A stretch of DNA of 46,166 nt from an uncultured Gammaproteobacteria bacterium (GTDB taxonomy: Bacteria; Patescibacteriota; Microgenomatia; Levybacterales; UBA12049): NCBI GenBank assembly GCA_964628435.1, contig CAZVON010000002.1:26179-72344 (forward strand), read 5' to 3'. Each line of letters begins with the position of its first letter. The stretch's first letter is position 1. The position numbers were made by a program, and so were the translations under genes. The notes under the pieces were generated by a model. That model was not told the DNA's origin, made no database searches, and saw only the letters and a program-made list of their open reading frames with translations. Positions 28,280 through 37,713 of the stretch are shown one piece after another.

Positions 28280-29233
28280 ATGGATCCAACTACCACCCAA
28301 AAATTACGTGACTTCATTACCACAAGTCAATCGATTGGCATTGCGGTTGGGAAAAACCCAAGTATTGATGAAATGGGCGCTGCTTTAGCTTTATATTTAT
28401 CTTTTACAACCCTTCAAAAGAAAGTGTCTATTGCTTCTCCCACCGAGGCAATTGTAGAACTTTCTTCTCTTGTTGGAATTGATCGAGTTAGAAACAAACT
28501 AGATGCTTCGGGAGCTGATTTGGTTGTATCGTTTCCTTATCGCGAAAGTGAAGAAGGAGAGTCAGAAATTCAAAAAGTATCATATACGATTGAGAACGGC
28601 TATCTTAATATTGTTGTAAAGGCAGGAAATAATGGCCTTTCATTTTCTGATAAGGACGTGAGATATAGTCGTGGTGGCGGGGGTGCACCTTCTGTTGTAT
28701 TTATTATTGGTACGCCACGACTCTCTGATTTAGGTTCTCTTTTTGATGTAAATGAATTAAAAGACACTAAAATTGTCAATATCGATAACAAAACAGATAA
28801 TCAAAATTTTGGAGATGTAGTATTGGTTTCACCTCGATTTTCATCGGTTTGCGAGCAAGTTGCCAGTATAATCAAAGCTCTTGACTTACCGCTAGATGTT
28901 GATATAGCCCAAAATCTTTTATCTGGTATTAGTCATGCGACCTCTAACTTTCAGAAATCAAATACCAGTTACATGGCATTTGAAATGGCTGCTTTTCTTA
29001 TGCAAAAAGGCGCGCGTCGAGGGAGGCCATCACGTGGAGACTATCGTCCCTCCCAACGGCAACAAGAAGAATCAGGCGTTAATCCTTTTCTCCCTCCTTC
29101 AGCACCTACGCCTCGGTCAAATCAACAACAAGCACAAGCAACAGGAAATCAGCAGCAGAAACAACGAGATGAGAAAAACCCTCCAGCAGATTGGCTCATG
29201 CCAAAAGTATATAAAGGGTCAACTACGTTGTAA
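28280..29233 (+). CDS. DHH/NrnA-fold protein with degenerate catalytic motifs
   Basis: NPSIDEMGAALAL, VNIDNK in place of IDHH, SSVCEQV, IAQNLLSGI...TSNFQ; Q-rich tail ending WLMPKVYKG; at the usual DHH position after infB. Confidence 0.75.
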   Translation: MDPTTTQKLRDFITTSQSIGIAVGKNPSIDEMGAALALYLSFTTLQKKVSIASPTEAIVELSSLVGIDRVRNKLDASGADLVVSFPYRESEEGESEIQKVSYTIENGYLNIVVKAGNNGLSFSDKDVRYSRGGGGAPSVVFIIGTPRLSDLGSLFDVNELKDTKIVNIDNKTDNQNFGDVVLVSPRFSSVCEQVASIIKALDLPLDVDIAQNLLSGISHATSNFQKSNTSYMAFEMAAFLMQKGARRGRPSRGDYRPSQRQQEESGVNPFLPPSAPTPRSNQQQAQATGNQQQKQRDEKNPPADWLMPKVYKGSTTL

Positions 29234-29264
29234 GGTGATAGAAGATAGTGTTGAATACAGGATC

Positions 29265-29293
29265 TTGAGACTACAGGGAAAAGCTGCTATAAT
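29265..29293 (+). promoter_or_regulatory. Promoter for leaderless rpsO
   Basis: TTGAGA, 17 nt, TGcTATAAT (-10 at 29288-29293), 7 nt before ATG 29301. Confidence 0.7.
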
Positions 29294-29300
29294 GTAATGT

Positions 29301-29570
29301 ATGCCGTTAAGTCCAACTGATAAGCAAAGTATAATTCAACAATTTCAAACAGGCAGTGGAGATACTGGCAGTCCAGAAGTCCAAGTAGCTCTTCTTACAA
29401 AGCGAATCGATCGATTAACAGAACACCTTAAAAGTCATAGTCATGACATGAGAAGTAGAAGAGGATTATTATCCATGATTGCGAAACGAAGAAGGTTGAT
29501 TAACTTCTTAGCAAAGACTGATAAGGCACGGGCCTCATCACTGATGAAAAAAATAGAAATAAAGCATTAA
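29301..29570 (+). CDS. rpsO: 30S ribosomal protein S15
   Basis: DTGSPEVQVALLT...HLKSH...SRRGLL...RRRL; upstream of pnp. Confidence 0.98.
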   Translation: MPLSPTDKQSIIQQFQTGSGDTGSPEVQVALLTKRIDRLTEHLKSHSHDMRSRRGLLSMIAKRRRLINFLAKTDKARASSLMKKIEIKH

Positions 29571-29598
29571 TGACTACATCAGAAAGTGCCCCATTATT

Positions 29599-31869
29599 AT
29601 GAACAAAAAAACATACTCATTTGACCTTGCGGGAACACCTCTTACACTAGAAATTGGTAGACTCGCACAGCAAGCCACCTCATCTGTTCTTGCTCGTTTG
29701 GGAGACACTATGGTTTTAATCACCGTAGTTGAAGGTTCTGTAAGGGAAGACTTAGGATATTTTCCACTCAGCGTTGAATATATAGAGCGGTTATACGCTG
29801 GAGGAAGAATAAAAGGAAGTAGATGGGTAAAACGAGAAGGTAGGCCTTCGGATGATGGGATATTGACCGCACGGCTTATTGATCGATCAATTCGACCTCT
29901 TTTCCCAAAAGAATATAAAAACGAAGTGCAGATTGTAGTGACGCAACTATCTGTTGATGGAGAAAACGAGCCGGATATTCTTTCTGTTATTGGTGTTTCT
30001 GTAGCGCTTGCAATTTCTCAAATTCCTTGGAACGGCCCAATTGGTGCTGTGCGTATGGGCTTAGTTGAAGACAAAGTAACAGGAGCTTTTGAGTTTTTAA
30101 TAAATCCTGGTAGTCAAGATACTGAATTTTCCAAATTAGATCTTATTCTTTCTCAAACATCGGAAAAAACCGTCATGATGGAAGCAGGTGCGTTACAAGT
30201 TCCGGAAGAAGTTGTACTTGAAGCAATAAAAAAAGGACATGTCGTAACCAAAGAAGTTATTTCTTTTATTCAAAAAATAGTTCAAGAAATTGGAGAGAAA
30301 AAAACAGAAGTACGTTTTGATTCAACATTTAAAGAAATTGTTACTCAAATAGAAAAGTCATACAAGAGCGAATTAATTCCTCTTATTAAGGCGCGGGCAA
30401 CCAAAGAAAATTTGGGAGAAGATACAGAAACGCTGATTGATCGGATCTTTGACGATCTCAAAATGCAAGATCCAGAAAAAGAATTTGATAAAAAGTTCGT
30501 GTCTAAAGCTTTTGAATATGTATTGTTTAAACTTATTAAAGAACAGATTCTCAAAAAGCAAGAGCGTCCAGATGGACGAAAAATCGATGAGATCAGACCA
30601 CTGGCTCTGGAAGTTTCAGTACTCCCTCGTACGCACGGTTCTGCATTGTTTCAAAGAGGTAGCACTCAGTCACTAACTGTAGTAACCTTGGGTTCTCCTC
30701 GTCTTGAACAATTGATTGAGTCTGCAGAAGGCGAGGAATCAAAACGATATATTCATCACTATTCTATGCCACCGTATTCAGTCGGTGAAACAGGAAGAAT
30801 CGGAGTGCCTAGCAGAAGAGAAATAGGTCATGGAGCTTTAGCAGAACGAGCTATTCTTGGCGTTATTCCTTCCAGAGAAAAGTTTCCTTATACCATTCGA
30901 GTTGTCTCTGAAATTCTTTCCTCAAATGGGTCAACATCAATGGCTGCAACTTGTGGATCAACGCTGGCTTTAATGGATGCGGGGGTTCCTATTGTAAAAC
31001 CAGTTGCAGGAATTGCCATGGGACTCATGAGTAGTGAAGAAAAATACGTTATTTTAACCGATATTATCGGACTTGAAGATTTTTCTGGAGATATGGATTT
31101 TAAAGTCGCAGGGACTGAAGATGGTGTGACTGCCATCCAACTTGATGTCAAGATTCCAGGACTCACGACAGATCAAATAAAAGAAACATTTGAAGGCGCA
31201 AAGAAAGCTCGATTATTTATTTTGGAAAAAATGCATCAAACAATTGGGTTTTCTCGCACTCAAGTATCAGAATATGCGCCAAAAATAGAAGTTGTACGCA
31301 TCGCAGTTGATAAAATCGGAGAAGTTATTGGTCCAGGAGGACGTATAATACGATCTATTATTGCAGAAACTGGCGCATCTGTTGATGTGGAAGACGATGG
31401 AACAATAACTATTTCTGGGATATCTGAAGAGTCTGTGCAAAAAGCAGTTGACAAGGTCACTGGGCTTACTCGAGAAGTTAGTGTCGGAGAAGAATTCGAA
31501 GGACCAGTAAAACGTATTTTGCCATTTGGAGCATTTGTAGAGATATTGCCAGGTAAAGAAGGGATGGTACATGTATCTCAAATGGCATCTGAATTTGTGA
31601 AAAATCCTTCAGATGTGGTGCAGATTGGGCAAACAGTCAAAGTTCGAGTATTAGAGGTTGATGAACAAGGAAGAATTAACTTATCGATGTTATTTGGATC
31701 TGAGGCTCAAGAAAAAAATCGCATGGCAGAGCGTAGTGGAAATGATCGAGGAATCAGGAATGAACACCCGTTAGCCTTACAGTTTAAGCGAGAACGAGCA
31801 CATGCAATGAGAAGAAGCGGTAGTGGTCCTCGGTTTCGTAGCAAAGGTCCTCGAAAAGCCCACTATTAA
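29599..31869 (+). CDS. pnp: Polyribonucleotide nucleotidyltransferase (PNPase)
   Basis: ARLIDRSIRPLFP, RREIGHGALA, SNGSTSMA, GDMDFKVAG, KH (IGPGG) and S1 domains. Confidence 0.98.
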   Translation: MNKKTYSFDLAGTPLTLEIGRLAQQATSSVLARLGDTMVLITVVEGSVREDLGYFPLSVEYIERLYAGGRIKGSRWVKREGRPSDDGILTARLIDRSIRPLFPKEYKNEVQIVVTQLSVDGENEPDILSVIGVSVALAISQIPWNGPIGAVRMGLVEDKVTGAFEFLINPGSQDTEFSKLDLILSQTSEKTVMMEAGALQVPEEVVLEAIKKGHVVTKEVISFIQKIVQEIGEKKTEVRFDSTFKEIVTQIEKSYKSELIPLIKARATKENLGEDTETLIDRIFDDLKMQDPEKEFDKKFVSKAFEYVLFKLIKEQILKKQERPDGRKIDEIRPLALEVSVLPRTHGSALFQRGSTQSLTVVTLGSPRLEQLIESAEGEESKRYIHHYSMPPYSVGETGRIGVPSRREIGHGALAERAILGVIPSREKFPYTIRVVSEILSSNGSTSMAATCGSTLALMDAGVPIVKPVAGIAMGLMSSEEKYVILTDIIGLEDFSGDMDFKVAGTEDGVTAIQLDVKIPGLTTDQIKETFEGAKKARLFILEKMHQTIGFSRTQVSEYAPKIEVVRIAVDKIGEVIGPGGRIIRSIIAETGASVDVEDDGTITISGISEESVQKAVDKVTGLTREVSVGEEFEGPVKRILPFGAFVEILPGKEGMVHVSQMASEFVKNPSDVVQIGQTVKVRVLEVDEQGRINLSMLFGSEAQEKNRMAERSGNDRGIRNEHPLALQFKRERAHAMRRSGSGPRFRSKGPRKAHY

Positions 31870-31954
31870 ACTATAGAAGGAATTGTAAAGATCAAAAGGA
31901 GAAATATAAATAATTCCTCGTAATTTGTGTAGTTTTTTAGTATCATAAGATTAT

Positions 31955-33088
31955 ATGGATCCATTAAGTCCTCAGATGACAAGTGATAATACGATTGTGA
32001 ATAGTCAAGCAACTGCCAAACAAACCCAAACAGGAGCAAGCGATCAGTTGCGTGCATTGGGAGAAAAAATTGAGAAAGCGGATATTCCTCAAGATCTTCG
32101 GCAAAACCTCATTGAGAGACTCCAGCGATTAGCTCTTCTTCGAGCGTCTGCAGGGTTTATGAACGCCAACTATATTTTAGAATACGAAAATACCTGCGCG
32201 TATGTAAAATGGGTTACCAGTTTACCATGGAATAAAACGAGTACAGATAGCCTAGATATCCAAAAAGCACAAAGTATTCTTGATAAAAATCATCATGGTT
32301 TGGTAGGTGTTAAAAACAGAATAATTGAATACCTGGCATCGCTTATTTTGAATATGAAAAATAGTACGGACCATATTATACGCGCACCAATTCTCTGTTT
32401 GGTTGGGCTTGCTGGTACTGGTAAAACAACACTTGCTCTTTCTATGGCGCAAGCTCTGGGTAGAAATTTTGAACGGATTCCTTTTGGTGGCATGGGTGAT
32501 TCACGGGTATTGCGCGGTCAATCTCGAGCATTTCCTGATGCAGAACCAGGACACATTGTAAAAAAACTGGTTCATGCAAAAACCAATAATTGTGTCATTT
32601 TACTCGACGAATTAGATAGAGTTGCAGACTCAGCGCGTGCAGATATTATGGGAGTATTGGTTGAGTTACTTGATCCTGAGCAAAACATCGCCTTTACCGA
32701 TCACTATATTGATTATCCGTTTGATCTCTCAAAAGTATTATTTGTAGCAACGGCAAATAACACAACGAATATTTCAACAGCTGTGCTCGATCGCTTAGAA
32801 ATAATTCAAATGCCATCATATTCTGATGAAGAAAAAATAGTTATTGCTAAAGATCATTTGTTTCCGAAAATTCAAATTCAAACTGGTCTTTCTCAAAATC
32901 AACTGGTTATCGATGATAGCGTTTGGCCCCAGGTGATTAGGCCATTAGGGTTTGATTCTGGCATTCGTAGCCTTGATCGAACTATTCAAGGAGTTTGTCG
33001 CAAAGTTGCCCGACTTATTGTTGAAGGAAAGACTCAATCAGTACACATAACAGCACAAAATATAAAAGAATTTTTGCCCAGTTTTTAA
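31955..33088 (+). CDS. Lon-type AAA+ ATPase module without N-domain or protease domain
   Basis: WVTSLPW, LDKNHHGL..VKNRIIEYL, ILCLVGLAGTGKTT, LLDELD, LLDPEQN..FTDHY..DLSKVLFVATAN, DRLEII; ends at ITAQNIKEFL with no Ser-Lys protease domain. Confidence 0.85.
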   Translation: MDPLSPQMTSDNTIVNSQATAKQTQTGASDQLRALGEKIEKADIPQDLRQNLIERLQRLALLRASAGFMNANYILEYENTCAYVKWVTSLPWNKTSTDSLDIQKAQSILDKNHHGLVGVKNRIIEYLASLILNMKNSTDHIIRAPILCLVGLAGTGKTTLALSMAQALGRNFERIPFGGMGDSRVLRGQSRAFPDAEPGHIVKKLVHAKTNNCVILLDELDRVADSARADIMGVLVELLDPEQNIAFTDHYIDYPFDLSKVLFVATANNTTNISTAVLDRLEIIQMPSYSDEEKIVIAKDHLFPKIQIQTGLSQNQLVIDDSVWPQVIRPLGFDSGIRSLDRTIQGVCRKVARLIVEGKTQSVHITAQNIKEFLPSF

Positions 33089-33103
33089 GATGAACATTCA
33101 TGT

Positions 33104-34777
33104 ATGAATGAACAAGTTTCAATAATGCCACTAGGTGGAATTGGTGACGTTACCAAGAATATGTATCTCTATATCTATAAAGATCAGGTACTTATTGTGG
33201 ATTGTGGCATCGGATTTGCTGACGAAACAATGCTTGGGGTGGACTTATTGCTTCCTGATATTTCGTACCTGGTGAGCGCAAAAAAAAAGATTGTAGGTAT
33301 GACGTTAACTCATGGACATGAAGATCACATCGGTGCGCTTCCTTTTATACTTCCCCAACTTGCTGGAAATGGAGTTGACATGTCGTTTCCTATTTATGGG
33401 ACACCTCTTACCGCTGCCCTGGCGAATGAAAAATTACAAGAATATAAAGTTCCCTATAAAGTACAAACGGTAACATTTGAGAACAACAAAAAAACAATGG
33501 GTAGTTTTACCGCTTCGTTTATCCGCGTAACGCATTCAGTGCCAGATAGTTCTCATATATTTATTCAAACTCCGATTGGAAATTTTTACCATGGGAGTGA
33601 TTTTAAATTTGATTTAACCCCTGTTGATGGAAAAAAAACTGATTTTATGCAAATCGGAAGAGCGGCAAACAGCGGTATTTTATGCTTATTATCTGATTGT
33701 TTGGGATCAGAGCGAGCAGGACATACAGTTTCTGAGGAAGTACTCTCAGAGAATTTTGAAGATGAAGTACGAAAATGTAGGGGGAAATTTATTGTTACAA
33801 CCTATTCGTCCAATATTTCAAGGCTTAATCAAGCAATTTCAATCGGAGAAAAATTCAATCGGAAAGTGTGTTTTGTTGGAAAATCTTTGATAAAAGCAAA
33901 GGATGTTGCTCGAAAACTTGGGTATATGAAATTACGACAGGGAATAGAAATTGAGGTTGATGAGGTGAAAAAATATCCTGAAAATAATATTTTACTGTTA
34001 GTTGCCGGAAGTCAAGGTCAGGAAAACTCAGCTCTTTCTCGCATTGCAAACGACGAGCATACAGAAATAAGTATATCTGAAAAAGATGTTGTTATTTTTT
34101 CTGCTGATCCGATTCCTGGCAATGAAATATCGGTCAATTCACTTATTGATACTATTGCCAAAAAAGGTGCGCGAGTAGTGTATTCAGACATCGCTGATGA
34201 TTTCCATGTATCAGGACACGGTTCAGCGTTAGATTTGATGATGCTTGTGTCATTCACCAATCCCAAATTCTTAATGCCTATCAGTGGTACGTATCGGCAC
34301 ATGATTGCTTATAAAAACTTAGCAGAAAAATTAGGTTACTTGAGTAACCGAGTGGTTTTATCAGAAGATGGTCAAGAAATTATCTTTACCAGAGAAAAAA
34401 CACAAAAAGGAGTAAAGACGGATATTCGCAATGTATACGTTGATCAGATAACTGGGGAAGAGGTAGAGGGATTTGTTTTAAGAGACAGGCAACAACTTTC
34501 TGAAGGAGGAATTCTTATTGTTTTGTCAGAAGTAAATGCTGCAACAGGACAGTTAGTGGGGAATCCAGAAATTATTAGTCGTGGTTTTACTGAGTATGAC
34601 AATAAAAAATTTAGCAAAGATTTAGTTTTGGAAATTAAAAGAACATTGGAGCAAAGAAAAGGACGAGTTACAAATTGGATTCATATCAGAAAACAAATAG
34701 GAGTAGTTGCAGAACGATTTATTTTTAAAAAATTACGTTGTCGTCCCCTTGTACTTCCTGTAGTAATTGAAGTTTAG
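33104..34777 (+). CDS. rnj: Ribonuclease J
   Basis: PLGGIGDVTKNM, THGHEDHIG, HSVPD, DFKFD, GSQGQE, HVSGH. Confidence 0.96.
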   Translation: MNEQVSIMPLGGIGDVTKNMYLYIYKDQVLIVDCGIGFADETMLGVDLLLPDISYLVSAKKKIVGMTLTHGHEDHIGALPFILPQLAGNGVDMSFPIYGTPLTAALANEKLQEYKVPYKVQTVTFENNKKTMGSFTASFIRVTHSVPDSSHIFIQTPIGNFYHGSDFKFDLTPVDGKKTDFMQIGRAANSGILCLLSDCLGSERAGHTVSEEVLSENFEDEVRKCRGKFIVTTYSSNISRLNQAISIGEKFNRKVCFVGKSLIKAKDVARKLGYMKLRQGIEIEVDEVKKYPENNILLLVAGSQGQENSALSRIANDEHTEISISEKDVVIFSADPIPGNEISVNSLIDTIAKKGARVVYSDIADDFHVSGHGSALDLMMLVSFTNPKFLMPISGTYRHMIAYKNLAEKLGYLSNRVVLSEDGQEIIFTREKTQKGVKTDIRNVYVDQITGEEVEGFVLRDRQQLSEGGILIVLSEVNAATGQLVGNPEIISRGFTEYDNKKFSKDLVLEIKRTLEQRKGRVTNWIHIRKQIGVVAERFIFKKLRCRPLVLPVVIEV

Positions 34778-34787
34778 TCTTGTGCTC

Positions 34788-34816
34788 TTGTAGTTGATTG
34801 GATAAGTTATTATAAT
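34788..34816 (+). promoter_or_regulatory. Promoter for leaderless ftsK
   Basis: TTGTAG, 17 nt, TATAAT (34811-34816), 7 nt before ATG 34824. Confidence 0.55.
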
Positions 34817-34823
34817 AGTGAGT

Positions 34824-36935
34824 ATGCCCAAACGTCGGATTTACCGCAAAAAGCCATTTAAATTAAAATTGCGCAGCAAAACAATCTATACACTTTTTTC
34901 TCTTGGTCTTCTGGCATCAGGACTCCTGTTGTTACTTTCTTTTACCCAAAGTGGAGACAATTTTATTGTGGTTAACGCGTTGCTTATGCAGTACTTTGGA
35001 TGGACGTCAGTGTTATTTCCGTTCGTGTTGATTTTATTTGGGTTTTTATTCTTACAGCTTCGATTTTTTCTGTCTCGTCTGAATGTTGCCATTGGATATG
35101 TTCTTTTTTTTGTTTCTCTGAATGGTCTTACTCAGGGAGGAGAGATAGGAGCCGTGTTATTCAGCGCTCTTTCTGAAATGTTGTCTTCAGTTGGTGCTTC
35201 TGTTGTTTTTTTAGCAGGGATTGTAGTTGGGATTATCGTATTGTTTGACACGTCGCTTGATGAAATTATCGGCGCTTTAGTTTTTGCTGGAGAAAATATT
35301 TGGCGCTTTTTCCCTAAAAACCTATTGTCCGTTTTTAAAAGTAAAAAACCATTGGTGCTTCATAACAAACAAATTGCAATCAAAGGAGGCCAGCAAAAAG
35401 ATATTCCAAATCTTGCCATTAACCAAACAACTTCAACAATTATAAGAAAAGATCCAGTAATTATCTCTGAAAAACTGGTAAGTAATCCATTAGCAATCAA
35501 TGGAATATGGGAATATCCCCCACTCAATCTTTTGTCAGATTCTCCAGGACAAAAAGCAGATCGGGGCGATATAAAACGCATTGCAACAGTGATTGAAAAA
35601 ACCCTTGAGAGTTTCGGCATTGAGGCCCGTGTTGTTGAAGTAAACCTGGGTCCAGCGGTAACGCAATACGCACTTGAGATAGCTCTTGGTACAAAAGTCT
35701 CAAAAATCGTTTCACTCTCAAATGATTTAGCTCTCGCAACAGAAGCTCCAACTGGACAAATTCGTATTGAAGCACCGATTCCTGGGAGAAGTCTTGTGGG
35801 TATAGAAATTCCCAATCGCTCATTAGAAATAGTAACGCTTAAAACCATGTTGTCTTCGTCTGTCACACAAAAGAGTCGTTCAAAATTAACTGTTTCATTA
35901 GGTCTTGATGTATCAGGGAATCCAATGGTTGCGGATATTGCCAAAATGCCTCATGTGCTCATCGCCGGAACAACAGGATCAGGAAAGTCAGTACTGATTA
36001 ACGCATTTATTTCTTCATTATTATTTAGATCATCTCCTCAAGAAGTAAAGCTTATTCTTATCGATCCAAAACGAGTTGAGTTTACAGCGTATAATGGCAT
36101 TCCACATTTATTGACACCAGTTATTGTTGAAGTAGAGAAAATTCTCTCTGCTCTTAAATGGGCAATGAGTGAAATGGACAGACGATACAAAATTTTTGCA
36201 GAACGAGGAGTAAGGAATATTGATTCTTATAACGAGCTTTCTGGGTTTCAAGCTCTTCCTTATATTGTTATTGTTATTGATGAGCTTGCAGATTTAATGA
36301 TGTTTGCTCCTGTTGAAGTTGAAGATGCCATTGCTAGGCTTGCGCAGATGGCCCGTGCCACTGGTATCCATTTAGTAATTGCTACCGAAAGACCGTCAGT
36401 AAACATTATTACTGGTCTTATTAAAGCAAATATTCCAGCCCGCATTGCATTTAATGTTTCTTCGATGGTTGACTCACGAGTTATTATTGATACTCCTGGT
36501 GCAGAAAAATTGCTTGGGCGAGGAGATATGTTATATATTCCTCCTGATCAAGCGAAACCAACTCGTATACAAGGCGCGTATGTATCTGAAAAAGAGGTGA
36601 AGAAGCTAGTGGAATTTCTAAAAGAAAAAGTTCCTCACGTAGAATATACAGAAGAAATCACAAACCAACAGGTGATATTAAAACGAGGGACTGCGTCAAC
36701 AGGAATAGATGGTAATGACCCTTTTTTCCCAGAAGCTATTCGGATTGTCTGTCAACACGACCGGGCATCTGCATCGCCGCGTCAACGAAGTCTCTCCATG
36801 GGTTATGCTCGTTCAGCACGGATATTAGATCAACTTGAATCAGTTGGCATTGTTGGGCCAGGCGAAGGATCTAAGCCCAGAGATGTCCTGGTACGAAATG
36901 CTGAAGAGTTTTTAAATAATCTACAAACTCAATAA
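34824..36935 (+). CDS. ftsK: DNA translocase FtsK/SpoIIIE
   Basis: 4 TM N-terminus; GPAVTQY, MPHVLIAGTTGSGKS, IDELADLM, GAEKLLGRGDML; C-terminal gamma domain. Confidence 0.96.
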   Translation: MPKRRIYRKKPFKLKLRSKTIYTLFSLGLLASGLLLLLSFTQSGDNFIVVNALLMQYFGWTSVLFPFVLILFGFLFLQLRFFLSRLNVAIGYVLFFVSLNGLTQGGEIGAVLFSALSEMLSSVGASVVFLAGIVVGIIVLFDTSLDEIIGALVFAGENIWRFFPKNLLSVFKSKKPLVLHNKQIAIKGGQQKDIPNLAINQTTSTIIRKDPVIISEKLVSNPLAINGIWEYPPLNLLSDSPGQKADRGDIKRIATVIEKTLESFGIEARVVEVNLGPAVTQYALEIALGTKVSKIVSLSNDLALATEAPTGQIRIEAPIPGRSLVGIEIPNRSLEIVTLKTMLSSSVTQKSRSKLTVSLGLDVSGNPMVADIAKMPHVLIAGTTGSGKSVLINAFISSLLFRSSPQEVKLILIDPKRVEFTAYNGIPHLLTPVIVEVEKILSALKWAMSEMDRRYKIFAERGVRNIDSYNELSGFQALPYIVIVIDELADLMMFAPVEVEDAIARLAQMARATGIHLVIATERPSVNIITGLIKANIPARIAFNVSSMVDSRVIIDTPGAEKLLGRGDMLYIPPDQAKPTRIQGAYVSEKEVKKLVEFLKEKVPHVEYTEEITNQQVILKRGTASTGIDGNDPFFPEAIRIVCQHDRASASPRQRSLSMGYARSARILDQLESVGIVGPGEGSKPRDVLVRNAEEFLNNLQTQ

Positions 36936-37056
36936 TAAGTGAAAAATTAGAAGTCAAAATTCAAAAGTGTCACAGTAGAAGATTATTAATAAATTCTAAG
37001 AGTATCTACTAGCATAGAGCCTACCTCATTTTTTTGACTTTTGATTTTTCACTTAT
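36935..37056 (+). repeat. 25-bp inverted repeat joining the ftsK stop codon to the next start codon
   Basis: ATAAGTGAAAAATTAGAAGTCAAAA (36935-36959) and TTTTGACTTTTGATTTTTCACTTAT (37032-37056): 23 Watson-Crick plus 2 G.U pairs on the + strand. Confidence 0.85.
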
Positions 37057-37678
37057 GATCAGGATTGGTCAAAAATTGCGTGAGGAGCGATTACTACAAG
37101 GCTATACACTTGAGGATATTTCGCACGCAACAAAAATTCGTGTATCTTTTTTATCTGCGATAGAAAAAGGAGAATACGCGAGGCTTCCTTCTCGCGCATA
37201 TATTCAGGGTTTTGTCAAGAATTACATTCAATTTTTAGGCTTACCGCCCAAGGAATATATTGCATTATTCCGTCGTGAATTTAATGAAAATGAACATATT
37301 CAAGTTCTTCCTCGTGGATTTGCGCAAGAAGTGCCTCTTACAAGGTTTCGTTTTGGACAAGCAGCTATAGTAACAACATTTCTTATTATTTTGCTTGTTG
37401 GGTATCTCATATTTCAGAATAGGTATTCATTTTTAAATCCTCCGCTTGAGGTAACTATTCCTAAAGAAGGTAACACTGTCTCAGAGGACGTGACTATTCA
37501 AGGTAAAACTGATCCGAACGCAACGGTTGTCATTAACGATATTCCGATTTCTTTGGATAATGAAGGAACCTTTATAAAGCAGATGAGTTTATTTCCAGGG
37601 AAAAACACCATCCGCGTGGTTTCTCAAAATCGTTTTGGCAAACAGACTGTTATCGAACGGCATATAGAAGTGAAATAG
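37055..37678 (+). CDS. RodZ-like HTH membrane protein with C-terminal Ig-like domain
   Basis: IGQKLREERL...TKIRVSFLSAIEKGEY..LPS..YIQGFVKNY HTH, one TM, PPLEVTIP...GKTDPNATV Ig-like domain; follows ftsK; ATG 37055 preferred. Confidence 0.8.
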   Translation: MIRIGQKLREERLLQGYTLEDISHATKIRVSFLSAIEKGEYARLPSRAYIQGFVKNYIQFLGLPPKEYIALFRREFNENEHIQVLPRGFAQEVPLTRFRFGQAAIVTTFLIILLVGYLIFQNRYSFLNPPLEVTIPKEGNTVSEDVTIQGKTDPNATVVINDIPISLDNEGTFIKQMSLFPGKNTIRVVSQNRFGKQTVIERHIEVK

Positions 37679-37707
37679 TTGACAGATTTTTTTAATACTG
37701 GTATCGT
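37679..37707 (+). promoter_or_regulatory. Promoter for the leaderless ytxG-like gene
   Basis: TTGACA (37679-37684), 17 nt, TGgTATCGT (-10 at 37702-37707), 6 nt before ATG 37714. Confidence 0.7.
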
Positions 37708-37713
37708 GTATAT

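Noticed and set aside
31955-33088. Calling the Lon-like gene a pseudogene
   Set aside because: Uninterrupted ORF with intact Walker motifs, clean domain-boundary ends, and its own -10 box.
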